Shown here: piece after piece, positions 1 to 18,992 of the stretch
Numbering within the stretch: position 1 is the first letter of the stretch
Layout: every line of letters begins with the position of its first letter
Assembly (NCBI GenBank): GCA_002269645.1
Contig: NIVC01000103.1
Coordinates: 372,001 to 436,000, forward strand
Source of the DNA: Macrostomum lignano
Taxonomy: Eukaryota
Length of the DNA: 64,000 nucleotides
Reading direction: 5' to 3'
The notes under the pieces: model-generated
Told to the model about the DNA's origin: nothing
Database searches by the model: none
The model's input: the letters and a program-made list of their open reading frames with translations, nothing else
Translations under genes and position numbers: made by a program

Positions 1-2063
1 AACGGTGTGTTGCCATTCTTGTCTGCCAAATCGCAGTTCGCCTTCATCTCGTTTTTAAGAAATTCAATTATCTCTAAGCGTCCAGAGAGAGCAGCAAAAT
101 GGACCGCTGTGCTCCCATTTATGTCTGTTGAATTGACGTTTGACTGCGATGGTGAAGTACTTATAATCTTCAGAACCTCAAGGTGATTGCCTTTTGCAGC
201 TTGCATTGTGGTCGTCTCACCGGTTTTTGTAATGTTCCCGAGGTTACCTCCGACAGAGTCAGAGATCAGATAGTTCAAGGCCTCCACGCTGCCTTGCTCT
301 ACTGCAATGCTTGTAGCGGTATTTCCTTTATTGTTTTTTGTCTCCACGTCGCACTTGAGTTCAATAAACCGCTTTATCAGGTCTAAATTTGCTGGTTGAA
401 TTGTTGCAATAATGAGAGGCGTATTGCCTCTGTTATTTTGTTCGTCAAGGGGTGCTGATGCCCGATGAACGACTTTAAACAATTCAGTGTCGCTTTCTGA
501 GGCAGCGAGGTGGGCCAAGCCCATGCCATTATCATCTGAAGTTGTTACGCTGCAGCCTTCGTTGTACAAGAATTCAACTAGCGAGGTCTTGCCCCGCAAC
601 GCTGCAGCTAGAATGGCTGTGTCTCCAGACACTGCGGGAACATCCAGCTGGGCTCCGTGCTCCTTTAATAGTTTAACCGTTTTTAGATCACCATTGGCAC
701 TTGCTCTTATGACTGGAGTTATACCTTTCTTATCCATCACTTTAACGTTGCATCCGTTGTCAAGTAGGTACTTGACAACTTCCGGTGAAGATGTCTGACA
801 GGCTGTCAGCAGAGGTGTCTCTCCGTCTTTTTCGTTCACGTGATCCAGAGGCAAGCCTAACTTGTGGAGCTTCTTAAGAATTTCGAATCGCTTGAATGAA
901 GTGGCAAGGATCACCAGATCGTGTCCATCTTTGTCAAGGACTCTGGGGTTCGCATTCTTTTTAATTAACAAGTCGAATATTTCTTGACTTCCTGACATAA
1001 TGCTGTGAGCAAGAGGGCAAGTTTCATTCGCATCTTTCTTGTTCACATCCGCTCCGGCCTCAATAAAAAGCCTTGAAATACCCACATTGCTTGTCTGAAT
1101 TGCATAAAACAAAGGAGTTCTACCGTTTTTGTTAACGCGGTTTACGTCATAACCTCTCTTCAAGAGTAGCTTCGCGATCTTTTCGAACCCATTCTGCGCT
1201 GCGCAGAACAAGGGAGAGCTATTTGAGTTTTCTGGTAAATCCAGATTTGCTTTATATTTATCAACGAGTTCTAAAATTTCCATTGAGCCACTGAGCACCG
1301 CTGCGAATGCGATGGTTCGACCATCCTTATACTGTTGATCGGCCGGACACTTGTTTTCCTGCTTTGGGAAATTCTTCAGCCAATAGTCAATCATTTGCCT
1401 TTTTCCTTTCGAGACAAGGCGTAGAATGGTTTCATCGTGAACTTTCGGATCATACTGGAGGGCCTGCTGCTTTGCCTCTAGCAACTCGAGAATCTCTAAG
1501 TCCTCAAGCATTAAGGCTATATCAGCTGCAGTCAGATTTTTTTTATTTTTATTTGTCAGGTCTGTGCCCCTTTCAACAAGAATGCGGACGAGCAATCGAT
1601 GCTTTTTCATTACAGCAAGCATTAGCGGAGTGTCGCCGTCACGGTCCACTGCGTTGACATCGGCACCCCTGGACAGCAGCAAATTCGCTATGTCTGCTTC
1701 GTTCTCTTGCGCCGCCAAATGCAGCGGTGTCGTCTTCCTTGGACCAGGGCTATTCACGTTGACACCTGTCTGAAGAATCTGACTGCAGAAGTTAACGTCT
1801 CCCATTTTGATGGAAAAAAACAGGGCCTGAACATCTTTCTCCATTTGATCGTCGCCGTCTTCATCACTTTCACTGCTGGACGAGTCGCTGGACGAGTTTT
1901 CTTTTTCTTCGGTTGCAGTTTTTTTAAACTGCTTTCGATGCTTCTTCCATTCTTCCCATTGCTTTTTAAGAAATTCTTCGAACTGGCTGAAATCTTGCGG
2001 AACTTCCATATTTTTTAGCATTTCTTGCATCTCAGGCGGAAGTCCGCGAAGAAACTTTTCCAT
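1..2063 (-). CDS. Multi-ankyrin-repeat protein, intronless over this span, 3'-partial (runs off window edge)
   Basis: Manual translation from ATG at 2063 (MEKFLRGLPPEMQEML...) stays open to base 1, about 687 codons. It has an acidic linker (SSSDSSSSESDEDGDD) then at least 15 ankyrin motifs (TTPLHLAAQ, DTPLMLAVM, SSPLFCAAQNG, RTPLFYAIQ, ETPLLTACQ, STAVHFAALSG). There is an in-frame TAG upstream and an acceptor ttttacag at 2126-2127. It is absent from the ORF track because there is no stop codon in the window. Confidence 0.92.
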   Translation of the reverse strand, partial: MEKFLRGLPPEMQEMLKNMEVPQDFSQFEEFLKKQWEEWKKHRKQFKKTATEEKENSSSDSSSSESDEDGDDQMEKDVQALFFSIKMGDVNFCSQILQTGVNVNSPGPRKTTPLHLAAQENEADIANLLLSRGADVNAVDRDGDTPLMLAVMKKHRLLVRILVERGTDLTNKNKKNLTAADIALMLEDLEILELLEAKQQALQYDPKVHDETILRLVSKGKRQMIDYWLKNFPKQENKCPADQQYKDGRTIAFAAVLSGSMEILELVDKYKANLDLPENSNSSPLFCAAQNGFEKIAKLLLKRGYDVNRVNKNGRTPLFYAIQTSNVGISRLFIEAGADVNKKDANETCPLAHSIMSGSQEIFDLLIKKNANPRVLDKDGHDLVILATSFKRFEILKKLHKLGLPLDHVNEKDGETPLLTACQTSSPEVVKYLLDNGCNVKVMDKKGITPVIRASANGDLKTVKLLKEHGAQLDVPAVSGDTAILAAALRGKTSLVEFLYNEGCSVTTSDDNGMGLAHLAASESDTELFKVVHRASAPLDEQNNRGNTPLIIATIQPANLDLIKRFIELKCDVETKNNKGNTATSIAVEQGSVEALNYLISDSVGGNLGNITKTGETTTMQAAKGNHLEVLKIISTSPSQSNVNSTDINGSTAVHFAALSGRLEIIEFLKNEMKANCDLADKNGNTP

Positions 2064-2265
2064 TGTTGAGCTTGTGCCTGTATTTATTGGCTAGCATGCA
2101 GGGCCTTGCAGATGCTTGCACGAATCTGTAAAATGGAATTTTATCGATTGTGATTGGATGTGAAATGTACACCTGTATGAATGCAACTATGTGGATAAGC
2201 AATTTCAAGGTTCTGACATTATTCTTTGCATCAGCGATTCCGGGCCTCTGCGGCGAAATTGTGGC

Positions 2266-3004
2266 AGCTAAATGTCCGGCGGTTAAATGTCTGGCGGTTA
2301 AATGTCCGGCGGTTAAATGTCTGGCGGTTAAATGTCCGGTGGTTAAATGTCCGGCGGTTAAATGTCTGGCGGTTAAATGTCCGGCGGTTAAATGTCTGGC
2401 GGTTAAATGTCCGGTGGTTAAATGTCCGGCGGTTAAATGTCTGGCGGTTAAATGTCCGGCGGTTAAATGTCTGGCGGTTAAATGTCCGGCGGTTAAATGT
2501 CTGGCGGTTAAATGTCCGGCGGTTAAATGTCCGGCGGTTAAATGTCCGGCGGTTAAATGTCTGGCGGTTAGATGTCCGGTGGATAAATGTCCGGCGGTTA
2601 AATGTCTGGCGGTTAAATGTCCGGCGGTTAAATGTCTGGGGGTTAAATGTCCGGTGGTTAAATGTCCGGCGGTTAAATGTCTGGCGGTTAAATGTCCGGT
2701 GGTTAAATGTCCGGCGGTTAAATGTCTGGCGGTTAAATGTCCGGCGGTTAAATGTCTGGCGGTTAAATGTCCGGCGGTTAAATGTCTGGCGGTTAAATGT
2801 CCAGCGGTTAAATGTCTGGCGGTTAAATGTCCGGCGGTTAAATGTCTGGCGGTTAAATGTCCGGCGGTTAAATGTCTGGCGGTTAAATGTCCGGCGGTTA
2901 AATGTCTGGCGGTTAAATGTCCGGCGGTTAAATGTCTGGCGGTTAAATGTCCGGCGGTTAAATGTCTGGCGGTTAAATGTCCGGCGGTTAAATGTCTGGC
3001 GGTT
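2266..3004. repeat. 15-bp minisatellite (ggcggttaaatgtcY), about 49 units, often alternating C/T
   Basis: Directly visible. It produces the spurious KCPAV, LNVRR and FNRRT ORFs. Confidence 0.97.
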
Positions 3005-3282
3005 CTGGTGCACTAAACAGTTAAAGGTACTCCATAAGTAAAACAAATTAAAGTTATATAGCACCTACACACGCGGAAATTGAAAAATATCCACCCTGTC
3101 TAGTGAGCCATTCAATTGCACACGTTTGTGCGCACCCTGGCACACTTTTAAGCGACATTGTCACACAACCGACTTCCCTGAGTAGGCACACAAGCGCGCG
3201 GATGCATATGCAATAAGGAGTGTACAACTCCTTATTGCACTCACACAGGAGTTTACAACGGCCCTGACTTTAAAACGACGTT

Positions 3283-4740
3283 GATGCTGAAGTTCCCTTT
3301 TTGTTTTGAGTACTATGTTTCTCGGGTACGTACACAACTGTACAATATGAGCACTGTACAATCAAGCCCAGAACACCTCCACAATCGGGAGGGGGGGGGG
3401 CGGCAAGCTAGACTCACTAGACTTACTAGAGTCTAGACTCACTGACAACAGACTTGCTGCTGAAGTTCCCTTTCTATTGAGTACTGCAATTCTCGAGTAC
3501 GTAGCTCGTAAACAACTGTCTGATATGATGAGCACAGTACACTCGAGCCCAGAAAGCATCAACAATAAGATGGCAAGCACAGACCAATGAAAATTACTAG
3601 GTTGCGTCTTACTCCATACCTGGGCGTATTGTGAGACAGAAAAGCTGTATAGAAGGTGGCCCCCTCATATTAAAAACACCGAATAACTACTCGTATCTTT
3701 GTCTGATACCAAAAAAGATTTCACTCAGTGTTGTCCGTTGACAGTCAATTATATTTAAAAGAATGTTGATGAAAGATTAGAGTAATCCTTTAGGAATGCC
3801 CGTCCAAGACTTACAAAGATTAGGTGTGTCTGTAAATGGGAGGGGTTGTTTTCACAAACGCGGAAATTCACAGTCGCTAAACATGCCTGCCGTATATGAA
3901 AGTGACTGCAAAATTTTTAGCTGTTATGAAGTTTTGCGTTTGTGAACGCCTTCATGAAAGCTAGTGCTTATAGCGGTTAAGAAATATCGCGTTTGAGAAC
4001 CCACCCCATGGTAGCGTGACGAGGTGGACCATATCGATGGATAAAATATAGATGAAGGATGGAACATTTCCATTGGAAATACAACTGCACGTACAACTAC
4101 AATTATACGCTAGATGGCATCGCGAAGTTAAAAAGTTCGCGGCAAAAGAACAAAAGCATTTTGTGGAGGTTTTAAATCCGACCAGTGCCTCTGGTTTTTA
4201 ACCACCATTAACATCTTGAGTAGCAGCCTAAACAAAGTTACGCGTTAGCCAACTGAGGGCAAAAACTGGGAACGACAACTAGAGTTATGCTCGTAATAAA
4301 GTAGTAATAATAATAGTAATAATAGTAATGATAATAGCGAAGTAAAAGCATGCAAGTGCTCTTGCATACTGATTAAATTTGATGCATACTTACATTAACG
4401 ATCAGATTCTGTCCTTTTCTGCGTTCTTTTCGTTAGAGATATTAATTAAGCTAATCTGTTTTAGCTCAGCTCATACTCAGAGCCGTGTAGCAGGGCATTC
4501 TGAATTTATAATTTCCTACGCACTGTCAACGCACTTGCTGCTGAAGTTCGCTTTTAATTGAGTACTGCAATTCTCGAGTACGTATGTACGTTGTAAACAT
4601 CTGTCTGATATGAGCACAGTACAGCCAAGCCCAGAAACCCTCCACAATAGGGGGCAAGCACAGACCAGTGGTTATAACTAGATTTATGGCAACATATTTG
4701 CTGCTGAAGTTCCCTTTTTATTGAGTACTACAATTCTCTC
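3283..4740. repeat. Four diverged copies of a ~150-bp unit (gctgctgaagttccc...ttgagtact...gagcacagtaca...agcccagaa)
   Basis: Copies at about 3283-3400, 3455-3600, 4534-4685 and a truncated one at 4697-4740. Confidence 0.75.
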
Positions 4741-4993
4741 TTCTCTCCTTTCTTTTCTTTTCTTAACTCGTTCTCTTTTCGTATGGCCCGCAGGCCATCG
4801 AGGTAAAAAAGTTTTTCGACCCATGCTTTGGTAGAAAAGTAATTACACACATAGTTCGTGTAATTATGCGTGTAATATTCATAACGAAGACAGTCACTGA
4901 CCTGCAAATGGGACTTTTTCAAGATTATGCAAGATAATAATGTCAAGATATACTGTAGTTATAATATTAATATATTTATTGACGCGAGTAGAT

Positions 4994-5149
4994 GCGCAAC
5001 CTTTGGAATCACCCGGCCGTCTCTATTGGCAACACACACATGTAAGTCGCTATTGGCTGAGAGCAGTCACGTGACTACTTTTCCGTCCAATAGCGACTCA
5101 CATGTGTGTGTTGCCAATAGAAACGGCCGGGCGAATCCCTAGGTTGCGC
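4994..5149. mobile_element. Palindromic ~156-bp element (MITE-like or symmetric promoter) with four CCAAT boxes and a central GTCACGTGAC
   Basis: The left arm gcgcaacct..cccggccgtctctattggcaacacacacatgtaagtcgctattgg is near-perfectly complementary to the right arm ccaatagcgactcacatgtgtgtgttgccaatagaaacggccggg..aggttgcgc. Confidence 0.6.
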
Positions 5150-5478
5150 CCGAGCATGGCGAGTAGCCTCGTGAAGTTTTTACAAACTTTATTTTGAAAT
5201 CAAGACGTACTCAAACAAAAAGTCAGTTGTACTGATCAGACAGCAACAAAAACAAGTATACCAATTTGCTACGTGGCTACTTAAAATTTGAATCAACATA
5301 TACGTATACGCAGAAATATCTAGCTTCATATTAGAAAAGAACACTGCAGACAGGGTATAAAAATGCAGCCAATATCAGCATTTAAAATTTTTTAATACGC
5401 AAAACCTTGCTTATGAAGGGTGCCCCATTTTTCCGGCTTAGATAATTTCAATCAGTAAATTATAACAAAAATAAATAA

Positions 5479-12511
<7,033 letters not shown>

Positions 12512-12547
12512 CGTAAACACCCTAGCCAATACCTTAATCTAACACGT

Positions 12548-12830
12548 GCCTGCCCCAACCCCTTAGCCTGCCCCAACCCCCTAGCCTGCCCCAACCCCCT
12601 AGCCTGCCCCAACCCCCTCGCCTACCCCAACCCCTAGCCTGCCCCAACCCCCCAGCCTGCCCCAACACCCTAGCCTGCCCCAACCCCCAGCCTGCCCCAA
12701 CCCCCTAGCCTGCCCCAACCCCCTCGCCTACCCCAACCCCCAGCCTGCCCCAACACCCTAGCCTGCCCCAACCCCCAGCCTGCCCCAACACCCTAGCCTG
12801 CTCCAACCCCCCAGCCTGCTCCAACCCCAA
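12548..12830. repeat. ~18-bp C-rich minisatellite (gcctgccccaacccccta)
   Basis: Directly visible upstream of the first ANKRD42 coding exon. Confidence 0.9.
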
Positions 12831-13261
12831 ATGAGAAATGAAGAAACAAATAAAACACTTTATTCGACAGAAAATAATGTTTATTTCTTAGAATGCATTC
12901 CATTTAATTAGCCAATCATAAAAATAGATTAAAATCGAAAAAGCTTTCTAGCTTTGCTATTAATATATTCTAAGAAAATAAATAATTCCAATTCTGGCTG
13001 AAGCAAAAAAAACTTGTTGATAGTCGGAGAGCACACAGATGGCCAATGCTATGCAGCTCCAATATTACTGAAGTAACAGAATTGCATACTATTGGACGGA
13101 TTGGTAAGGCGGATGGGCACTTCTATACGAAAAATAACCGAATGTGAAAAACTGCCTTTCTTAAAGTGTTTTTTTGAGTGAGGAATAACAGCAGATTCTT
13201 ATATAACACCACAAAACGTGACTGTGACATTGATTAAACAGGAAATAAAAGATCGAGTTTG

Positions 13262-13605
13262 AGAGCAACAGGTAGCTTCATCGTCTAATGGAGGCTGGGA
13301 AAAACAGTTAGCTTCATCGTCTAATGGAGGCTGGGAAAAACAGTTAGCTTCATCGTCTAATGGAGGCTGGGAACAACAGATAGCTCCATCGCCTAATGGA
13401 GGCTGGGAATAACAGGTAGCTTCATCGCTTGATTCAAGTAGGGAGTAACAGGTAGCTTTATCACCTAATGGAGGTTGGGAACAACAGGTAGCTCCATCGC
13501 CTAATGGAGGCTGGGAACAACAGGTAGCTTCATCGTCTAATGGAGGCTGGGAACAACAGGTAGCTTCATCGTTTGATTGAGGCTGCGAGTAACAGGTAGC
13601 TTCGT
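13262..13605. repeat. 36-bp tandem repeat (tagcttcatcgtctaatggaggctgggaacaacagg)
   Basis: About nine diverged units. The minus strand reads as an open DEATCCSQPPLD repeat. Confidence 0.85.
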
Positions 13606-14436
13606 AGTCAATTAGTGTGTACAATGTACATGTACAAGTTAGAGAGCAAAATTTAAATATAAAGACATTTCTACAGTAAGCGAGCAAATTGAAAACAGCA
13701 AATTCGATCAAAGAAAAAAAATAGCAGTTGAATTTGGAAGCAAAAACTAATAAATAAAGAAAACTTTTTGTTGCTTTATAACAGTCTAAACATAGATTTC
13801 AAATAAAAGTACATTTTACATACAGTTTTTTGTTCACTTTGGCGAGCCCATAGTTGATAGAGTTAAAACACAAAACTTCTAGGGCTTGGAAGACTTTCGA
13901 TTTGTTATAACAAAAAAGTTCTAAAAAATATTCGATTAAATATCACTCCAGGAAAGAGAAAAATATCAGAATTTCAAATCAGTGTAGCAATTAGCAGAGG
14001 TGCCATAAAAGTACACACAATAAAACTTGATAGTTGAGCAGCCAGTCAGTAAATAATATTATAAATCAACAGGCTAAACATTACTCTAATTCGATAGAAT
14101 ATTTTTGGTCCAAATAACGACACAATCTCACTGCCTGAAAGCACCATTAATTATCATTTGAAAAAATGAAAATATAGTTTGTTATAATCGTTGACAGATA
14201 GACAGAACGACGACAGACAGAATTTATCAGAAAATTCAATAGTTAAATGTTGCTCATATTTGGCGCGAAGAATTCTAAAAAAATGTTTATGAGGCGTTGA
14301 TAAATAATTTTAAGATGGCCACTGTGCTCAGTGAGCTTGAATTAATAATTGTCCTTTTTAATCCTGTCGCCAGATTTATTTACACTGAGCTATACGCATT
14401 TAGAAACAACTGGCTTGCCTCCCCTATCTAGATAGT

Positions 14437-16887
14437 CTACTCTACGTCACCTCCGGGTACGTCAACAACGCTCGGCGTCGGAGCGGGGCCCAGCGGATCG
14501 CCACCGCCTCCGCGCTGTTCTGAGCCGCTGCGGGCTGAAACCGGCCTGGCGCGGCTCGAGTGCGGCCGCTGCTGCTGCTGCCCGCTAGTCGACGGTCTCT
14601 GACCGCTGGCGTCGCCGCTGGTGCCGCTGCCACGGCTGGCGGAGCTCTTCGCCCCGGACACTGGCGGCAGCTTTGTCGGCGGCTCGTCGGAGGCTCGAAC
14701 CTCAGTGAAGAATCGATCGATCCGTCCCTTGTAGATGTGGCCGTCCATGCCCTGGATTTCCGTCTCCTCGCGGTTCGGAGGCGCTGCGGCCGCCGCTGCG
14801 CCCCTAGTTGGGCTGTGGTAGTCCTCCTCCGGCACTGCGGCCGTGCGGGTGACCCTCTTGCTGGGATAAGTGAGGGTATGAGACCCACCCGCAGCCCGCG
14901 GAGTGTAGTAGGCATCCAGCATCTCTCCAGCGTTAATGCTCTTGGCGTGCTGCCTGATGGAGTCCAGCTCGAAGGTGGTGTACGGCCGCATCGACTTCGT
15001 GACGCTGAGTGCTGGCTTCTCCGGCAGCGACGGCGCTGGCGGGTGGGCGCCCATCTCCAGCGGCCGGTCGCAGGAGATGCAGTGGAAATGCTGCAGCAGC
15101 TGCCGCCTGAGCCCGGCCGCGTCGTCCTCGTTGATGTCGGCGACCCCGGCGCCGCCGCCGCTCTTGATCTTGGCGGCGAGGGCTTTCAGCCGCTTCTCCA
15201 GCCAGTCCTTCAGCGCGTCCATCTCCAACCGGTCGAGTTTGCCGTCCAGATCGGCGCCGAGCAGCTTCAACAGTCGGCGAAGATCGTCCTCGGTTGCCAT
15301 CAGCTTCTGCAGCAGTTCGTCAATCTGTGAGTTCAAGTTTCCAGTTGTCTCGTCGAACAGGCTGAAGTTGACCTTGGTGTCCAGCTGGATTTTGTCCGCC
15401 TTGGACTCCAACTGCTGGTCAAGGTAGTCCTTGTCGGCTTTCACTTCGTCCAGGTGAGCAGTGATTCGGAACAGCTCTTGCAGCTTCTCTCCGACATCTT
15501 TGCCGCCCTGCGCCAGGGCCTCTAAGACGGTGTTGATTCTCTCGAGCTCCTTCTGCTGGTCGCTGAGCGCCTTTCGGATCCGGTTGAGGGCCTCCACGTC
15601 GCGGTCGCGGCTCTGGCGCATGTTGTCAACCAAGGAGCGAAGATCGTTCAGCTGCTTGAGCAAGTCGTCGGGCAGTTTCAGGTTCTCCAGATCCTTCTTG
15701 TCAGCCTTGTTCGGCATCTCGTGCTCGAGCTTGTCGACGCGAACCTCCAGACTCTCGTGCCGATTGGTGAGCTTGCCGAGGCTCTCGAGCATCTCGCGCA
15801 GCGCCTCGCTCGGCCCGGGGCTCTGAGGCCGCGACATCGGGTCGGTGGACATGTTGACAACAACTCGCTCTGGCGGGTTGGCCATCCGAGCCATGTCCTC
15901 ACGGATGCCGCGCAGCGCCTTCTCCAGCGACTCCCAGGTGACGAAGTCCTTGAACATCTCCTTTGTCGGCAGATTCTGCATGCTGTCGCGGAGTTCGCTG
16001 AGCTGCGACTCGAGCTGGGCCAGCCGCTCCCACACCGACTTCATCGAGGACAGGTCCTTCATCTCCGAGCGCAGGTTCTCGTTTTCTTTGCGCAGGCGGC
16101 CCATCTCCTTCATCAGCTCGTCAACCAGCGACGAGAGCCTGGCAACGCCCTCTTCATTAGCGTCCGTGCGGCGCCTCATCTGCACCATCTGAAACATGTC
16201 CGCGGTGGCTCGGCCGTCCGACTTGCCTTTGCTGCCGAACACCAGGTCAAAGACGTCCTTGCCGCTCGGCAGGCTGTTCAAAGCGTCCAGCTGCGTCTCC
16301 ACGTTGGACAGACGGTCGAGCAGCTGCTCTGAGTTCAGGCCTCCGCCTGAGAATGAGATCAACGTTGAGATCGAGGGAGTTCGTGGAATCGATTTTGCTT
16401 TAGTTTAGGTTTGAGAAACACGAGCTAAAAAGGGATGATTTTGAAAAAACTTGAAATTCCGCAATCACGGAGCTTCAAACAAACGTTGAGCTTCAGAAAC
16501 GGTATTTTGAGCTGCTTGCTCAGGAAAAGTTGCGACATACTTGTAAAGACAAAACATGTGGTATATAAAAGCTGATTTACCTGCACCGCCGCTGCCGAAA
16601 GTGCCGTCGCGCGGTAGGCCGCTGTCGGTGGTCACAACCGACTCGGTGCCGTCGAGATCGCGCCGGCTTTTAGCCGACTTCTGACCGCCGACTTGCACCG
16701 GCTGACCAGCAGCCTCCGATTGTGGCCTCATCAGTCGGTCGGTGCTGACGCTGGGATCGTTCAGCTTCTCCACGATTGCGTGCAAAAGGCCGTGCAGCAG
16801 ATTGAAGTTCACAGCTCCCTGCTCTGGCGAGCCGACCGCCATGTCCACAAGTTTTGACAGATTCACCACCTCAGCCTGTGCTGCCAT
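14437..16887 (-). CDS. QRICH2: QRICH2/C16orf96-family (DUF4795) coiled-coil protein, about 738 aa
   Basis: Two exons, 16887-16581 and 16346-14437, joined in phase 1. The N-terminus LSKLVDMAVGSPEQGAVNFNLLHGLLHAI and the C-terminal LLQHFHCISCDRPL and SMRPYTTFELD match the family signature as recalled. A long coiled coil lies between them. Confidence 0.82.
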
Positions 16888-18992
16888 GGTGACAAATAAA
16901 ACTGTATTTGAAAGTTTTTAACCCTTTTGAATTAGTGTGCTCAGTGAATGGCGTCCTCTGGTTGTAGCTCAGTGAAGAGCATACATAAAAATTCAATTAA
17001 TATGGTGATTGCAGATAACTCCTTAAGCAGTAAAGCTAGGCTATGTAGAAAACAAATATTGTTCTTTTGTGTTCATAGCGCTTATCATTACATGTGCTAC
17101 ATCTAAAAATTGTTTGCAATTGAAACAAATATTTCAATTCTACCATCTAAATCACTTAAAAATCCTCAATCAAACAGCTGTTAAAAAGGTGAAATCAAGC
17201 GGAGTATTTTTAGCAAAATTTTCTGGCTATTCCTATGCGTTAAAAAATTATAAACGAAGTTACTAATAGGTTTACATATTGCTTCTTGGTATTTTAAAAT
17301 AAATTTGAGGTTAGAATATAGATACCTATTTAAACTGATAATATAAAATTCCAAATATAGTGTTAAAGCTCATAAAATATTTTAGAATTAAAGACTGGAC
17401 AAATAAAGGCTCCAACTGCCAATTAGAAAAAATGGTTTACACAGACTATTTTGGGTGCAGTTCAAGTTTCAACAGGGTCGTGTCCAGGTTGGACAAGAGC
17501 TCTAAGGTACGAGGCCTGATCGAGTTGCACCCAATGAACCTAGTCATCCCGCCAGCTCCCATATAAACCCTAATCAGCCATGAGCTAAGCGTCGAATATT
17601 TTCTCTTTTGGGAAAATTTCTCGGATTTTTGCTTTACTATTTTCTTGGGCTTGGGCCCATATGTGCTTTTTGTGCTTGCTTTGCCTTCGGATGTATACAT
17701 GAAGACAAATACTAGCTAATAAAGTACCATATTAAACAATTCCTGTTAATTTTAATATAGACATAACTACAATACTCGAAGTCTGTTAGCTGAATACATA
17801 GTGCAATGGAAAAGCTAAAACGCATTTTATAAATATTTTTATGATAGTTTCAATTTCAAGCACACCAATAAATACGGATTTAGAGAACCAAAATACAAAT
17901 CTAAAATACAAGACGAAAATTTAAGTGATCAAAACTTTTCTAGTACGCTTAAGTGTAGTTCCATTTAGAAAACGTTACTTGTGTTGAATCGTGGCTAGGG
18001 TCTTTTATCACTAAACAATTAAAGACCTTAAAACAAACTTGAATCGTGCAAATGTCATAATAGAGACGGTAAAAATACATTTTTTTACAAAGCATAACTG
18101 CAACTAATGTAGTAAAAACTGTATTCATAAAGTAAAGATACTATTGTTTTTATTTTATTTTAAATATTAAACTTCGGTGAATATACTTTGTTTTAAAGTG
18201 TTAATTTTTTAAGCTGAAATGTGTGGACAATTTCTAAGAATATTAATTTACTGTCAAAGCGGTAGCAACTTAGCAAGCGGTGTAAGCCTTGCCAGTCAGT
18301 GTTTGTATCAACGTTAGAACCTAGATTCTGCGTATGTATAAGTATCTTTTTGTTCCAGCAGAGTGGATTAAATCTGGTACATTTTGAGAATCACTCGCGC
18401 TCGCGCATTTTCGATCCGATCTCCGCAGGGCGGTAGGACCTGCCTGCTGCCTTGCCCTTACCTGATTGGATCGGATCCCGCTCATCGCTTGCTTGCCTAT
18501 TCATGATGATCAACTACAACACGAACAACTACAGCTATACTAGGCCCTAACATCTTCATCATGCTGAAGAACATCATGGTCTTCCTTCCTTTTGTAGGTC
18601 CAAGAAATAATAAACATTGGCTTACTTTTGAAACAATCCCACTGCCACGCCACTGGCACTAGGCCTACAAACATCAACATGCAAAAGAATTCTAAGTTTT
18701 ATGAACAATTAGTCGTACATACAGCATTTTTCTATAATTCAACAAAGCATAATTAACAATCTGTATTCCTTTTCAATTCCACCTATTTGAATGTGGACTA
18801 GGCCCTAAATCATTAAAATTTATTAAATTGATATCTTCAATTTTTACTTGTTTTAAAGAGGCAATAACAAAGCCCTAGGGGCTTACTATCCCAATTTATT
18901 ATAGGTCCTAGTTATTGAAGTGCATTGTAAATGCATTTAATAGGGCCTACTTGTAGCTCATACTCTTACTTTGTTGATTAGGCCCATTCCAT

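Noticed and set aside
2150-3064. Long ORFs such as KCPAVKCLAV, LNVRR and FNRRT
   Set aside because: These are open in several frames on both strands because of a 15-bp stop-free repeat. The same applies to the ORFs over 29.5-31.5, 32.5-33.6, 35-35.9, 39.6-41.7, 46.9-47.4, 48.4-49.3, 53.5-54.6, 55.4-56.1, 58.9-59.6 and 60.6-63.1 kb.
3836-4009. Possible ~170-bp MITE (atggg..caaacgcg / cgcgtttg..cccat)
   Set aside because: The inverted ends are short and gapped and there is no clear TSD.
14442-16408. Overlapping antisense and alternate-frame ORFs over QRICH2 and other GC-rich exons
   Set aside because: They are shadow ORFs of GC-rich coding sequence with no recognisable motifs.
18385-18500. 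GC-rich hairpin (gatccgatc..gatcggatc) containing CTTACCTG, resembling the U1 5' end
   Set aside because: No Sm site or other snRNA structure is recognisable. It may just be a minus-strand donor (CAG|GTAAGG) or a transposon end.
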